Shown piece by piece: positions 19,767-30,378 of a DNA stretch of 64,000 bases. Positions within the stretch are counted from its first letter, which is position 1; every line of letters begins with the position of its first letter. Under the pieces are notes generated by a model. The model was given only the letters and a program-made list of their open reading frames with translations. It was not told where the DNA came from and searched no databases. Made by a program: the position numbers and the translations under genes. Origin of the DNA: an uncultured delta proteobacterium (GTDB lineage Bacteria > Desulfobacterota > Binatia > Binatales > Binataceae); the NCBI GenBank assembly GCA_963833025.1, contig CAWHWI010000001.1, positions 596,855 through 660,854 on the forward strand, read 5' to 3'.

Positions 19767-20183
19767 CTACTTTTTCATCGCGCCTTCGAGGCGGCTGTGA
19801 TTCTTCACGCACACACCGAGGCTGGTGAACGGATCCGGCCAGTCGTGCTTGACGCAATAGGGCAGCGCGGCCATATCGTTGTCGGTGTAGCCGCGCGCCG
19901 AGAGATCCTTCTTCAGGCAGTCGCTATGCGGCTGGTTGGCGCCCGCGACACCGGCGGCATCGTCGGCGGCTTCGGTGATTAACGCGTTGCGAAGTGCGAT
20001 CTTCACCTGCGGATCGGTACTCTTACCGATTGAGCCCGCGACGTTGCTTGAGGGACCGCAGGTCCCAACCGCGTCGATGAACGCCTCTTCGAGCCCGACC
20101 GTGCTGAGATCCTTTGCGAGTCCCGCAGTCACCGCAGTCATCAGAATGCTTGTCGCGATCAATGCCACAGCAAATCGTTTCAT
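19767..20183 (-). CDS. Small secreted hypothetical protein (signal peptide, 4 Cys)
   Basis: Start at MKRFAVALIATSILMTAVTAG (signal peptide); the upstream in-frame extension in the track is unlikely. Confidence 0.55.
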   Translation of the reverse strand: MKRFAVALIATSILMTAVTAGLAKDLSTVGLEEAFIDAVGTCGPSSNVAGSIGKSTDPQVKIALRNALITEAADDAAGVAGANQPHSDCLKKDLSARGYTDNDMAALPYCVKHDWPDPFTSLGVCVKNHSRLEGAMKK

Positions 20184-20375
20184 CGCACTGCTCCTCCAGG
20201 TTGAGGATGAGACCAGGAAAAAACGGCCGCATCGTTGGCAATGCAACTATCTGTAGAATCGACAGCCAAAAAAGTCCAGCGACCGCCCCCACGCCGGTTC
20301 CGCGAGCACCACGGCTTGACGGAAACCGGCGCTTGATGAAAGTGTCGCCTGAATTCTTACGAAGGAAAATTCACA

Positions 20376-21314
20376 ATGGCCAAAATTGCACTCGCCTGCA
20401 CTATTCTTCCCGACGGTCCGCCCGCGCGCCTGATCGAATGGTCTCGAGCCGCCGAGGATGCCGGCTTTTCCGGCGTCTTCATGACCGAGGCGAACAACGA
20501 TTCGCTCGCCTGCTCGCTCGCGCTCGGCCTTCATACCAAGCGAATCAAACTCGGCACGGCTATCACGAACATCTATCTGCGCCACCCGAATCTGCTCGCC
20601 AATGAAGCCGCCGCGGTCCAGGAATTCACCGGCGGAAGATTTATTCTCGGCCTCGGCACGGGGCATCGCGAGGGCAATTCGGCGCTCGGCATCGATATGG
20701 GCGTTCCGCTGACCAGGATGCGCGAGACGGTAAAAATTCTTCGCGCCGCGCTCGACGGTGGCAAGACCGGGCCGCGCGTCAGCGCGAAGCTGCCGCTTTA
20801 CCTGGCGGGCGTTTCGCGCCCGATGGTGAAGCTGGCCGGCGAAATCGGCGACGGTGTCATCTTCAACTTCTTTCCGCCGGCGCGCGTCAAGGAAGCGCTC
20901 GGCGAGTTGGCCGAGGGCGCAAAGGCGGGCGGCCGCGACCCCAAACAGATCGAGGCGACGCTGTTCGCGACCGCATTTATTTCAGACGATCTCGAAGCCG
21001 CGCGCCGTCCGGCGCGCAAGCTGCTCTCGCGTTACGGCGCGCTCAAGTTTTACGGCAACATGATGGTGCATTCGGGATTCGAGCGGGAAATAGCGGCGAT
21101 TCGCGCGGCCGGACGGGACGCCGACGCTGCCCTCGCGGCCGTCAGCAACGAGCTGATCGACGCGACCCTGCTGGTCGGCTCGGAAGCGCGCGTTCGCGAG
21201 CGGTTGCAGGAGCTATGCGCGCCGGGAATCGGCACCGCGATCGTATTCACGAATCCGGTCAACGAAGATCGCAACGCCGCCGTGCTGCGGACGATTCGCG
21301 CGCTCAAGCAATAA
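20376..21314 (+). CDS. LLM-class F420-dependent oxidoreductase
   Basis: 312 aa luciferase-like fold (FSGVFMTEANNDS, FILGLGTGH). Confidence 0.8.
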   Translation: MAKIALACTILPDGPPARLIEWSRAAEDAGFSGVFMTEANNDSLACSLALGLHTKRIKLGTAITNIYLRHPNLLANEAAAVQEFTGGRFILGLGTGHREGNSALGIDMGVPLTRMRETVKILRAALDGGKTGPRVSAKLPLYLAGVSRPMVKLAGEIGDGVIFNFFPPARVKEALGELAEGAKAGGRDPKQIEATLFATAFISDDLEAARRPARKLLSRYGALKFYGNMMVHSGFEREIAAIRAAGRDADAALAAVSNELIDATLLVGSEARVRERLQELCAPGIGTAIVFTNPVNEDRNAAVLRTIRALKQ

Positions 21315-21323
21315 CGACGCGCC

Positions 21324-22094
21324 TCACGGCTGGTCTACCTGATCGCCGGTGTTCTGATCGTTGGCGTCGCGGGCCATCGCGACGCGATCGAAGAAGCGCC
21401 GGATGCGCCGCGCGTTGACGCCAAAGTCGCCGATCCCGTCGCGCGACTTCGATCGCATCTCGATCAGGCTGGCGCCGTCGGGAGTCGGCCGCACCTGGAT
21501 CACGACATCGTCGTTGAAGTGCCACAGCTTGGATGTCGCGACCACCTCGAGCGTGTTCGTAGCCGGGTCCGAGTAAGTAATCGTCCACGTCGGTGAAGCC
21601 TTGGCGACCTCGGTCACGCGCGCGAACGCGTCGGCCGGCGAAAGGCGTTCCTTGATCGGACCGATCGGGCCGTAACCGGCGAGCTGACGGTCGGCATACT
21701 TCGCCTTGTTGTACTTCATGTCGCGATTCGGTTCATGCTGTAGCTTCTGCGCGTTAACGAATTCGGGCGGATTGTTGAAATCCGTCGTGATGTCATTGAT
21801 CGGTGGATACTTGGAACTGCGCAGCACGGTGACGATCAATGGCAATGCGATCACAGCGCATACCACCGTGGCCATCACCGCCCGATTGCGCCCGGCCGCC
21901 AGTTGAGGTTTGCGCGTCTGGAAAGTGGCGATGAGGCCGACCGCTAAACCGAGAATGCTAAGCAGAAATCCCAGTGCGAACAGCTGAAAACCCATGAACG
22001 GCGCGATCAGGGAGAAATGCGCGCCAACCATCCCCGCACCGATCATCGCGATCGCCAGGATTGCGTCATAGAATGCCAGCCATGCAAATGTCAT
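21324..22094 (-). CDS. DUF1499-family membrane protein
   Basis: N-terminal TM helices; C-terminal conserved SKSRDGIGDFGVNARRIRRF motif. Confidence 0.6.
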   Translation of the reverse strand: MTFAWLAFYDAILAIAMIGAGMVGAHFSLIAPFMGFQLFALGFLLSILGLAVGLIATFQTRKPQLAAGRNRAVMATVVCAVIALPLIVTVLRSSKYPPINDITTDFNNPPEFVNAQKLQHEPNRDMKYNKAKYADRQLAGYGPIGPIKERLSPADAFARVTEVAKASPTWTITYSDPATNTLEVVATSKLWHFNDDVVIQVRPTPDGASLIEMRSKSRDGIGDFGVNARRIRRFFDRVAMARDANDQNTGDQVDQP

Positions 22095-22127
22095 CCGTTT
22101 TTCCCTCGAAAGAGATTTGCGTTCACA

Positions 22128-22934
22128 CTAAGACGCCTGGTTCCTGATTCCGCGTACCACAAACTGCGGCAATACGAACAGAAACGATCCTTTCGACACG
22201 GCGCGATCGATGTCGGCGAACCAACCCTCGACCTCGGTAGTCGCGATCTTGCCCGAGTCGCGCGCATACCGGGCGAAACTGGCCTTCAGCATCGGTAGCG
22301 AACGTCCCACGGTATCCGCGCCGGTGTGAATCTCGACTTTCACGTCGCCAAGACCAGCCTCGCGAAACAACCGATAGAGCTGGCGGCCAATCTGCGGCTC
22401 CCTGATCGCAATCGACTTAGACGCCGCGAGGATTCGGTCGCTGCGCTCGCGTGCCGTGGGACCGATGTCGAGCGCCAGCATGTCCCAGTCGCTATCGACC
22501 GCGACGACCACGCCGCCCGGCGCCGTCACGCGCGCCATTTCCGCGACAGTATCGGCTGCGGAATCGACATATTCAAGAACATTTTTGCACCAGACGCGGT
22601 CGAATGAGGCGTCTGGAAACGGGAGCGGCGGAAAAGCGCTCTGCACGAATTCTGCCGCCAGCTTTGCTTCGCGCGCGCGAGCGCCCGACCGCTCGACGAA
22701 CTCGGCGTTGATATCCACGCCCGTCACCTTACCGCCGGGAGCGACCCGCCGCGCAAGTTCGAGACTGGTGTGGCCGGGTCCGGAGCCAACGTCGAGCACG
22801 CGCTGACCCGCCTTGAGATCGAGCGGCCGCAGCAACGGCTCCATCGCGGGATGATACGCGAGGATCTTGTCGTATGCGCTGTGACGATCCGAGTCGATGT
22901 CGACCCAGTGCTGCTTGTAGTAAGGCTCGGCCAT
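22128..22934 (-). CDS. Class I SAM-dependent methyltransferase
   Basis: Motif I VLDVGSGPGHTS; start at internal Met MAEPYYK, which overlaps the dapA stop by 1 nt. Confidence 0.75.
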   Translation of the reverse strand: MAEPYYKQHWVDIDSDRHSAYDKILAYHPAMEPLLRPLDLKAGQRVLDVGSGPGHTSLELARRVAPGGKVTGVDINAEFVERSGARAREAKLAAEFVQSAFPPLPFPDASFDRVWCKNVLEYVDSAADTVAEMARVTAPGGVVVAVDSDWDMLALDIGPTARERSDRILAASKSIAIREPQIGRQLYRLFREAGLGDVKVEIHTGADTVGRSLPMLKASFARYARDSGKIATTEVEGWFADIDRAVSKGSFLFVLPQFVVRGIRNQAS

Positions 22935-23806
22935 CAGACGAGGCGGAGTTCCTTCATCGCGATGCCCAATCTCTCCGCGGGACCCGCGGTCATCGGCACC
23001 AGCGGCAGCCGCAACTCGTTGGTGCACTTGCCCATGAACGCGAGCGCCTGCTTGATCGGAATTGGATTGATCTCGACGAACAGCGATCGGATCATTGGCA
23101 GCAAGCGGTAGTGGATCTCGCGCGCCTTGACGAAATCGCCGCCGAGCGCGGCCGCCGCAAGATCATGCATCTCGCGCGGGACTACGTTGCTGCAGGTCGC
23201 GATCACACCCTTCGCGCCGAGCGCTATCAGGGGCAGCGTGTGGGCGTCGTCGCCAGAAAAGATCGCGAGTCGGTCGCCACACAACTTTAAGATGTCCGAC
23301 GTCTGATCCATCGAGCCCGACGCTTCCTTGACGCCAACGATGTTTTTGATTTCGCTGAGTCGCGCGAAGGTTTCGGGCCCGATGTTCGAGGCCGTGCGGC
23401 CGGGGATGTTGTATACGAACATCGGGATGTCCACGCTCGCAGCGATGGCTTTGTAGTGTCTGAAGATGCCGTCCTGGGTGGGCTTGTTGTAGTAGGGCGA
23501 CAGCAACAGCGCGCCGTCGGCGCCCATCTCGCGCGCCGCTGCGGTCAGCCGAATCGCTTCGGCGGTCGAGTTCGAGCCTGTGCCCGCGATCACCGGGACG
23601 CGCCTTCGCACCTGCTCGATGGTGAGCTTGATTACGTTGTCATGCTCGGCGTGCGAGAGGGTGGCGGATTCCCCGGTCGAGCCGCAGGGGACTAGACCGT
23701 CGATGCCACTCTGAATCTGCCATTCGATCAGATCGCGCAACGCCGGTGCGTCCACCTCGCCGTCGCGAAATGGCGTTACGAGAGCAGTCAGTGCGCCACT
23801 GAACAT
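22934..23806 (-). CDS. dapA: 4-hydroxy-tetrahydrodipicolinate synthase
   Basis: 290 aa; DapA signature (ALVTPF, GSTGE, catalytic Lys region). Confidence 0.9.
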   Translation of the reverse strand: MFSGALTALVTPFRDGEVDAPALRDLIEWQIQSGIDGLVPCGSTGESATLSHAEHDNVIKLTIEQVRRRVPVIAGTGSNSTAEAIRLTAAAREMGADGALLLSPYYNKPTQDGIFRHYKAIAASVDIPMFVYNIPGRTASNIGPETFARLSEIKNIVGVKEASGSMDQTSDILKLCGDRLAIFSGDDAHTLPLIALGAKGVIATCSNVVPREMHDLAAAALGGDFVKAREIHYRLLPMIRSLFVEINPIPIKQALAFMGKCTNELRLPLVPMTAGPAERLGIAMKELRLV

Positions 23807-23828
23807 CGTTGTAAACCTCCGACCTTAT

Positions 23829-24734
23829 TCAACTCACCGGAACCATCTCGTCCGCGCCCATCTCGAGCTCGCCGCGAAAAACCTCGACGGCGTTGCCGGT
23901 CATGAAAACGTGATTCGCAGCGGCACCGTCGGCGCGCCACTCGATTTCGAGATTGCCGCCGCGCAACTCCACCGTCGCGGTTCGCTCGGTGTGATTCGTC
24001 AGGACAGCCGCCACCAGCGCCGCGCATGCTCCGGTACCGCAAGCCCAGGTCTCGCCCGAGCCGCGCTCCCATACGCGCATCCGCAGCTTGCGGCGCGAGA
24101 CGGGCAGTATGAACTCGGTGTTCACCCGGCGGGGAAAGAACGGATGATGCTCAAACTCGCGGCCCAGCGCGGCGAAATCGCGATCCTGGAGCTTGAAGAC
24201 GCCATCATCTGCAACGAACAAGACGCAATGCGGATTGCCCATCGACACTGCCGTGATCGACTCGCGCCGGCCTGCGACCTCGAGCGGATAATCGATAATT
24301 CGGCCGTCGGCATTGACCGGGATGTCGCGGCCTTCGAGAATTGGCTCGCCCATATCGACCGTCGCGCCGATCACGCGGCGGCCTTCCAGCCGCAGCTCGA
24401 CCGTCTTGAGGCCGGCGTCGGTCTCGACGACCATCGGATTGCGGCGTACGAGGCCGCGCTCGAAGGCGAGCCGCGCGACGCATCGGATCCCGTTGCCGCA
24501 CATGTCGCCGCGGCTGCCGTCCGCGTTGTACATCTCCATTCGGATGTCGGCGATGCTCGACGGCGCGAGCATGATCAGGCCGTCGCCGCCAATCCCGAAG
24601 TGGCGATCAGAAAGTTTGACCGATAGTGCGGACGGATCGGCGGGACGCGCGCGCAACGCGACAATATAGATGTAGTCGTTGCCGGTTCCGTGCATCTTGG
24701 TGAATTCGAGGGTTGCCATCGCGCTATTAGGCAC
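23829..24734 (-). CDS. dapF: Diaminopimelate epimerase
   Basis: MHGTGNDY start region and two catalytic Cys motifs. Confidence 0.9.
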   Translation of the reverse strand: MPNSAMATLEFTKMHGTGNDYIYIVALRARPADPSALSVKLSDRHFGIGGDGLIMLAPSSIADIRMEMYNADGSRGDMCGNGIRCVARLAFERGLVRRNPMVVETDAGLKTVELRLEGRRVIGATVDMGEPILEGRDIPVNADGRIIDYPLEVAGRRESITAVSMGNPHCVLFVADDGVFKLQDRDFAALGREFEHHPFFPRRVNTEFILPVSRRKLRMRVWERGSGETWACGTGACAALVAAVLTNHTERTATVELRGGNLEIEWRADGAAANHVFMTGNAVEVFRGELEMGADEMVPVS

Positions 24735-25994
24735 TCAGGCCGGCTTGAGGCTGACAATGTGTTCGCCGCGGATCAGGTCCTCGAAATTCTCGCGCTCGCG
24801 GATCACGTGCACGTCGGCGCCGTCCACCAGGATCTCGGGCGCGCGCGGGCGGCTATTGTAGTTCGACGACATCACGAAGCCGTATGCGCCGGCGCTCATC
24901 ACCGCGAGCAAGTCACCCTCGATGGGCTCGGCCATCTCACGCTCGCGCGCGAAGAAATCGCCGCTCTCGCATACGGGCCCCACGATGTCCGCGGTGACGG
25001 TCTTGCCGAGCTTGCGCCGATCGACGGGAACGATCTCGTGATACGCCTCGTAGAGCACCGGGCGAATCAGGTCGTTCATCGCGCCGTCGATAACGACGAA
25101 GCGCTTCACGTCGGTCTCCTTGTTATAGAGGACTCGCGTCACCAACACGCCCGCGTTGCCAACCATCACGCGTCCCGGCTCGGTGATTATCTTGAGGCCG
25201 AGCCCCGCGATCGGTTTGAGCAGGGCGTGCGCGTATTCCGAGGGGGGCGGCGGCAGCTCCTGGTATGGGATTCCGAGGCCGCCGCCGAGATCCAGGTACT
25301 TGAGTTGGATTCCCGCGCTGCGCAGCCGCCCGACGATCGCGGCAACCTTCTGTCCGGCTTCGGTAAACGGCGCCATCTCGGTTATCTGCGAGCCGATATG
25401 CGTGCTGAGCCCGACGATTTCGAGCTGCGCCAGCGCGCTCGCCTCCGCGTAATATTCGTCCACCTGAGATAGCGGCACGCCGAACTTGCTGTCGCGATGA
25501 CCGGTGGAGATGTGCGGATGGGTGCCCGGATCGAGATCGGGATTCACGCGCAGGCTGACGGGCGCGCGATGCTTCATCCGGCCCGCGACCTCGGCCACAC
25601 GATGCAGCTCCGGGCGCGACTCGACGTTGATCATCAGAATGCGCGCTTCCAGAGCGGCCGCGATCTCCTCGTCGGTCTTGCCAACGCCGGAGAACACAAT
25701 CTTGCGAGGGTCGGCGCCGATTCGGAGGCATCGCATCAGCTCACCGACAGAGACGATGTCGAAGCCCGCGCCCATCGAGGAGAACAATTTCAGGATGCTC
25801 AGGTTCGAGAGCGCCTTCATCGCATAGCAGATCAGATGGTCGGTGCCAGCGAAGGCCTCGTCGAAGACCCGGAAATGCCGCCTGAGCGTGCGCGCGCTAT
25901 AAACGAAAAAAGGCGTGTTGATGCGCCGCGCCAGGTCGGCGATCGGCACATCTTCCGCATAGAGTTGGTCGTTGCGGTATTCGAAGTAGTTCAT
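24735..25994 (-). CDS. lysA: Diaminopimelate decarboxylase
   Basis: 419 aa fold-type III PLP decarboxylase; abuts the dapF start. Confidence 0.9.
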   Translation of the reverse strand: MNYFEYRNDQLYAEDVPIADLARRINTPFFVYSARTLRRHFRVFDEAFAGTDHLICYAMKALSNLSILKLFSSMGAGFDIVSVGELMRCLRIGADPRKIVFSGVGKTDEEIAAALEARILMINVESRPELHRVAEVAGRMKHRAPVSLRVNPDLDPGTHPHISTGHRDSKFGVPLSQVDEYYAEASALAQLEIVGLSTHIGSQITEMAPFTEAGQKVAAIVGRLRSAGIQLKYLDLGGGLGIPYQELPPPPSEYAHALLKPIAGLGLKIITEPGRVMVGNAGVLVTRVLYNKETDVKRFVVIDGAMNDLIRPVLYEAYHEIVPVDRRKLGKTVTADIVGPVCESGDFFAREREMAEPIEGDLLAVMSAGAYGFVMSSNYNSRPRAPEILVDGADVHVIRERENFEDLIRGEHIVSLKPA

Positions 25995-26088
25995 TGCTAT
26001 GTGACGACTGGGTGAAGTTTCGTTTTTATCATAGCGCAGCCCGCCGAATAAACGGACGCAGGCCGCGCGGTTCCGCTCGCGCTCCAGG

Positions 26089-26598
26089 CTACTTGAGCGG
26101 CACTGGCGTTGGCACTACGAAGGTATCCGGGTTCGGCGGCGGCGCCGAGCCGGCCTTGCGCACGATCGTCACGTCGTTCGACGGCTCGCTGACGTAGTTG
26201 TCGGTTGTGTGGGACGTCACGTCGTAGTGATAGGTCTTGCCGATGACGGTCGAGCCGTCGATGAACTCAAAAGTGTTTTGTACCTGGAAACGCCCTTCGT
26301 CATGCACCTCGATTTCGCCGACCTTCTCGGCGGGCTTGCCTTCCTCGGTGCGCGAGATCGCGAAGCCGCCAAGGTCGCGCATCTTTCCGCCGCCGGCGTA
26401 GAGGTCGGGGCGATCCCAGTTCAGCCGGATTCCGTCTTTCGTATTGGCAGCCTCGAGGCTGAGGATTTTCTCGGGACGCGCCGCCTCCGGCGGTATCGGC
26501 TGCGACTTCACACCGCAGCCGAGGAACGCCGCGTTTGCAAGCGCGACAATCGTGAGCGCGAACGTCAGCCACTTCGCACCGTTGGTCTCCAGATTCAT
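26089..26598 (-). CDS. Lipoprotein, hypothetical
   Basis: Signal peptide with lipobox LGC; its start overlaps the argH stop by 4 nt. Confidence 0.6.
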   Translation of the reverse strand: MNLETNGAKWLTFALTIVALANAAFLGCGVKSQPIPPEAARPEKILSLEAANTKDGIRLNWDRPDLYAGGGKMRDLGGFAISRTEEGKPAEKVGEIEVHDEGRFQVQNTFEFIDGSTVIGKTYHYDVTSHTTDNYVSEPSNDVTIVRKAGSAPPPNPDTFVVPTPVPLK

Positions 26599-27989
26599 CG
26601 ACGTCCGAGCTCCTTGAGGCGGCGCTTGACCGTGGACGGGGCAGGACCGCCTTCGATCGTGCGCCGGGCGACCGAGTTGTCGGCGCTGAGGATCGCGATC
26701 GCGTCGTCGCCAAACGCGCTGGAATACACTTTCAGCTCCGCGATGCCCAGGTCCTCGAGCGTCTTGCCCGCTTCGGCCGTCTGGCGGACGATCGCGCCGA
26801 CGATCTCATGCGCCTGGCGAAACGCCGTGCCGCGACCGACCAGGTATTCCGCGAGGTCCGTCGCCAGCGCAAATCCTCCCGCCGCCGCGCGCATGCGATT
26901 CGCGTCGAAGCGCAGCGTCGGCCACAACTTCGCCAGCAGATCGAGCGCGGGCTTCAGCGCGTCGAGCGCATCGAACACGCGTTCCTTGTCTTCCTGTAAA
27001 TCCGAGTTATAGGCCAGCGGAAGGCCCTTCAACACCGTAAGCATCGCGACCAAATCGCCAATCACGCGGCCGGTCTTGCCGCGAATCAGTTCGAGCAGGT
27101 CGGGATTCTTCTTCTGCGGCATCATCGAGCTACCGGTCGAAAATTCGTCGGGAATCGCCGCGAATCCGAACTCGGCGCTCGTCCAGAGAATTATTTCCTC
27201 GCTCATGCGCGACAGATGCACCTGCGTGAGCGCGGCGGCCGAAAGAAAATCCACGACGAAATCGCGATCCGACACCGCGTCCATGCTGTTGGCGGCGATC
27301 GCCTTGAAGCCCAGCGCCCGCGCGACCATCCTGCGGTCCAGCGGCAGCGTGGTCCCCGCCAAAGCGCCCGCGCCAAGCGGCATGACCGCGGTGCGCGCCG
27401 CGGCCTGCTCGAAACGCTCGCGATCGCGGCAAAGCATCTCGACGTAGGCAAGCAGGTGATGCGCGAGCGTCACGGGCTGCGCGCGCTGCAGATGCGTGTA
27501 GCCGGGCATGATCGTGGCGACGTGGCGCCTTGCGAGTCGGATCAACACGGCGCGCAGCCCGGCGACCAGCGCGATCACGGCGCCAAGCTCGTCGCGCAGA
27601 TAGAGCCGCACGTCGAGCGCGACCTGATCGTTGCGCGAGCGCCCGGTATGGAGCTTGCGCCCGGGCTCGCCGATCAGCGCGATTAGCCGGCGCTCGATCG
27701 CGAGGTGGATGTCTTCATCGGCGATATCGAAGTTAAAGCGGCCGCGCGCGATTTCACCTTCGATCTGCTCGAGTCCGATCTCGATTGCCCGCAACTCGCC
27801 CCGCTTCAGCAGCCCGACCTTCGCGAGCATCTGCGCATGCGCTATCGACCCCCGAACGTCGTGGCGAAAAAGCCGCTGGTCGAAAGGCAGCGACGCGGTG
27901 AAAGCCTCGACCTCGGGCATGCGGCCGCGCGCAAATCTTCCCCGGATGAGATTGCGCGGGGCGCTCTGCTTCTGGCGGCGCGCCTTCAC
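26595..27989 (-). CDS. argH: Argininosuccinate lyase
   Basis: Fumarate-lyase signature GSSMMPQKKNPD; N-terminus aligns with ArgH from LIRGRF, so the true start is probably the GTG near 27987 rather than the GTG at 28064 used by the track. Confidence 0.9.
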   Translation of the reverse strand: MKARRQKQSAPRNLIRGRFARGRMPEVEAFTASLPFDQRLFRHDVRGSIAHAQMLAKVGLLKRGELRAIEIGLEQIEGEIARGRFNFDIADEDIHLAIERRLIALIGEPGRKLHTGRSRNDQVALDVRLYLRDELGAVIALVAGLRAVLIRLARRHVATIMPGYTHLQRAQPVTLAHHLLAYVEMLCRDRERFEQAAARTAVMPLGAGALAGTTLPLDRRMVARALGFKAIAANSMDAVSDRDFVVDFLSAAALTQVHLSRMSEEIILWTSAEFGFAAIPDEFSTGSSMMPQKKNPDLLELIRGKTGRVIGDLVAMLTVLKGLPLAYNSDLQEDKERVFDALDALKPALDLLAKLWPTLRFDANRMRAAAGGFALATDLAEYLVGRGTAFRQAHEIVGAIVRQTAEAGKTLEDLGIAELKVYSSAFGDDAIAILSADNSVARRTIEGGPAPSTVKRRLKELGRR

Positions 27990-28020
27990 TGTGAAACGCG
28001 CGGATTCTCCCGCGGGCGAA

Positions 28021-28197
28021 TCAATTGACGGGCCGCAACTGGCAGGTGCATCCGCGCGCCGCACAACTCATCGATCCGTCGGGATGCGTGATGTGGACGT
28101 CCATCTTGTGATGGCAGTGATCGCAATCTCCGGTGCGCGGACGGGGCACGAGCTTGGGCTGGGTGCGCGGCGGCTTGAACTGGATGACTTTGCCCAA
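28021..28197 (-). CDS. Candidate 58-aa Cys/His-rich small protein (MGKVIQFKPPRTQPK..CDHCHH..CAARGCTC..)
   Basis: TTG-initiated ORF 5 nt after the argG stop, ending just upstream of the probable argH start; third-position GC ~81%; not in the track, which lists only ORFs of 60 aa or more. Confidence 0.3.
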   Translation of the reverse strand: MGKVIQFKPPRTQPKLVPRPRTGDCDHCHHKMDVHITHPDGSMSCAARGCTCQLRPVN

Positions 28198-28202
28198 ATC
28201 GA

Positions 28203-29420
28203 TCAGCCCTTTTTGCTCGCGCTAGCCAGCGCCCGAAGCCTCAAGCCCGCGAGCCTGATCAGTCCGTCGGCGTCGGCCTGGTTGTATCCGCCGGCTTCCT
28301 CGAAACTCGCAATCTTCGGGTCGTACAGGGAGTTCGGCGATTTGCGGCCGGCGATCCACACGCCGCCCTTGAAGAGCTTCAGCCGCGCCACTCCGTTCAC
28401 GTTTTTCTGCGTATCGTCCACCAGCGCCTGCAGCGCCTCACGCTCGGGCGCAAACCAATAACCGTAATACACCATTTCCGCGTAGCGTGGGATAAGCGAG
28501 TCGCGCAGATGCATCACCTCGCGATCGAGGGTGAGCTGCTCAACCGCGCGATGCCCGTGGAAGAGGATCGTCACGCCGGGCGTCTCGTAAACGCCACGCG
28601 ATTTTATTCCGACGTAGCGATTCTCGACCAAATCGACGCGGCCGATTCCGTGCCGTCCCGCGATTTCGTTGGCGCGCTCGATAATCCGCACAGGCGCGAG
28701 GCGCTCACCATTAATCGCGACCGGGTTGCCGCCTGCGTATTCGATTTCGACATACTCGGGCTTGTCCGGCGCGTCTTCGGCGGAGACGGTCATGCGGAAC
28801 ATGTCGTTGTAAGGCTCGCGCCACGGGTCTTCGAGGATACCGCCCTCGTAGCTGACGTGAACGAGGTTGCGATCCATCGAGTACGGCTTCTCTTTGGTCA
28901 CACCCACGGGAATTTTCTTCTCGTTGGCATAAGCGATCATCTCGGCGCGGCCTGTGAACGTCCAATCGGCACGGCGCCACGGCGCGATGACCTTGAGATC
29001 GGGCGCGAGCCGCGCGAACGTCAACTCGAACCGCACCTGGTCGTTGCCCTTGCCGGTGCATCCGTGAGCGACCGCGTCGGCGCCTTCCTCGCGCGCAATC
29101 TCGACCTGCTTCTTGGCGATCACCGGCCGCGCGATCGACGTGCCGAGCAGGTAGTAGCCCTCGTAGACGGCGCTCGCGCGCAGCATCGGGAATACGAAGT
29201 CGCGCGCGAATTCCTCGCGAAGATCGACGATATGAAGTTTGCTCGCGCCGGTCTTGAGCGCCTTCTCTTCAAGGCCGTCGGTCTCGTCGCCCTGCCCGAC
29301 GTCGGCGCAGTACGCGATCACTTCGCATCCGAACTGATCTTTGATCCAGCGCAGGATGACCGAGGTGTCGAGTCCGCCCGAGTAGGCGAGCACCAGTTTT
29401 TTTATTTTCTCGGTTGCCAC
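28203..29420 (-). CDS. argG: Argininosuccinate synthase
   Basis: [11 protein letters not shown]-loop and full-length ArgG similarity. Confidence 0.9.
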   Translation of the reverse strand: MATEKIKKLVLAYSGGLDTSVILRWIKDQFGCEVIAYCADVGQGDETDGLEEKALKTGASKLHIVDLREEFARDFVFPMLRASAVYEGYYLLGTSIARPVIAKKQVEIAREEGADAVAHGCTGKGNDQVRFELTFARLAPDLKVIAPWRRADWTFTGRAEMIAYANEKKIPVGVTKEKPYSMDRNLVHVSYEGGILEDPWREPYNDMFRMTVSAEDAPDKPEYVEIEYAGGNPVAINGERLAPVRIIERANEIAGRHGIGRVDLVENRYVGIKSRGVYETPGVTILFHGHRAVEQLTLDREVMHLRDSLIPRYAEMVYYGYWFAPEREALQALVDDTQKNVNGVARLKLFKGGVWIAGRKSPNSLYDPKIASFEEAGGYNQADADGLIRLAGLRLRALASASKKG

Positions 29421-29436
29421 GATTTAAATCTCATCG

Positions 29437-30378
29437 TCACTCTGGCGGCGGCGCAGTCTGCAAAATTTCGGGACGTATCAGCCAGACCATCACAGCTTTC
29501 TGTGCATGGAGACGGTTCTCGGCCTGGTCGAGCACGACCGAGCGCGGTCCATCGATCACGTCGTCGGTGATTTCCTCGCCGCGATGCGCCGGCAGGCAAT
29601 GCATCACGAGCGCGCCCTTGCGCGCATTCTTCAGCAGCGCGTCGTTGACCTGGAAACCCTTGAAGTCGCGGCGGCGCTGCACGGCTTCCTTCTCACGACC
29701 CATCGAGGTCCAAGTATCGGTGTAAACCACGTCCGCGTCCTTGACCGCCTCGGCAGGATCGTCGGTGAGCGTGCCGATCTCCTCGTTGCGCAGCCGATCC
29801 ATGAACGCCTTCTCCGGCTCGTAGCCTTTCGGGCACGCCAGCCGCAACTCGAAACCCGCGAGCGAGGCCGCCTCGATCCAGCTCTGCGCGAGGTTGAATC
29901 CATCGCCCACAAACGCGACGCGCACTTTCCTGAGATCACGCCCGAAACGTTCCTGCAGCGTCATCAGATCTGCCAGCAACTGGCACGGATGCAGCAAGTC
30001 GGTGAGGCCGTTGATGACGGGCACGGTGGCCTCGCGCGCGAGTTCGACGGCGGTCTCGTGCGAGAAAGTGCGAATCATGATCAAATCCACGGCCCGCGAG
30101 ATGTTGCGTGCGACGTCCTTGACCGACTCGCGCTCGCCAATACCGATATCATTCGGCGCGAGATAAATCGCATGCCCGCCAAGCTGCGCCATGCCCGTCT
30201 CGAACGTGACTCGCGTCCGCAACGACGGCTTCTGAAAGACCATTGCGAGCGTCCGGCCGCGCAGATACGGATGCTCGAGCCCGATCTTGAGCTCGGCCTT
30301 CAGACGCGCGCCAAGCGCAAGCAGTCCGTTGAGTTCAGCCGCCGAGAGCGAACTGAGGTCGAGAAAGTCGCGTTTCAT
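29437..30378 (-). CDS. argF: Ornithine carbamoyltransferase
   Basis: STRTR carbamoyl-phosphate motif and HCLP ornithine-binding motif. Confidence 0.9.
   Translation of the reverse strand: MKRDFLDLSSLSAAELNGLLALGARLKAELKIGLEHPYLRGRTLAMVFQKPSLRTRVTFETGMAQLGGHAIYLAPNDIGIGERESVKDVARNISRAVDLIMIRTFSHETAVELAREATVPVINGLTDLLHPCQLLADLMTLQERFGRDLRKVRVAFVGDGFNLAQSWIEAASLAGFELRLACPKGYEPEKAFMDRLRNEEIGTLTDDPAEAVKDADVVYTDTWTSMGREKEAVQRRRDFKGFQVNDALLKNARKGALVMHCLPAHRGEEITDDVIDGPRSVVLDQAENRLHAQKAVMVWLIRPEILQTAPPPE

Noticed and set aside
25995-26088. Lysine riboswitch upstream of lysA
   Set aside because: The intergenic space is only ~95 nt, too short for an L-box, and lysA appears co-transcribed with the upstream arg genes.
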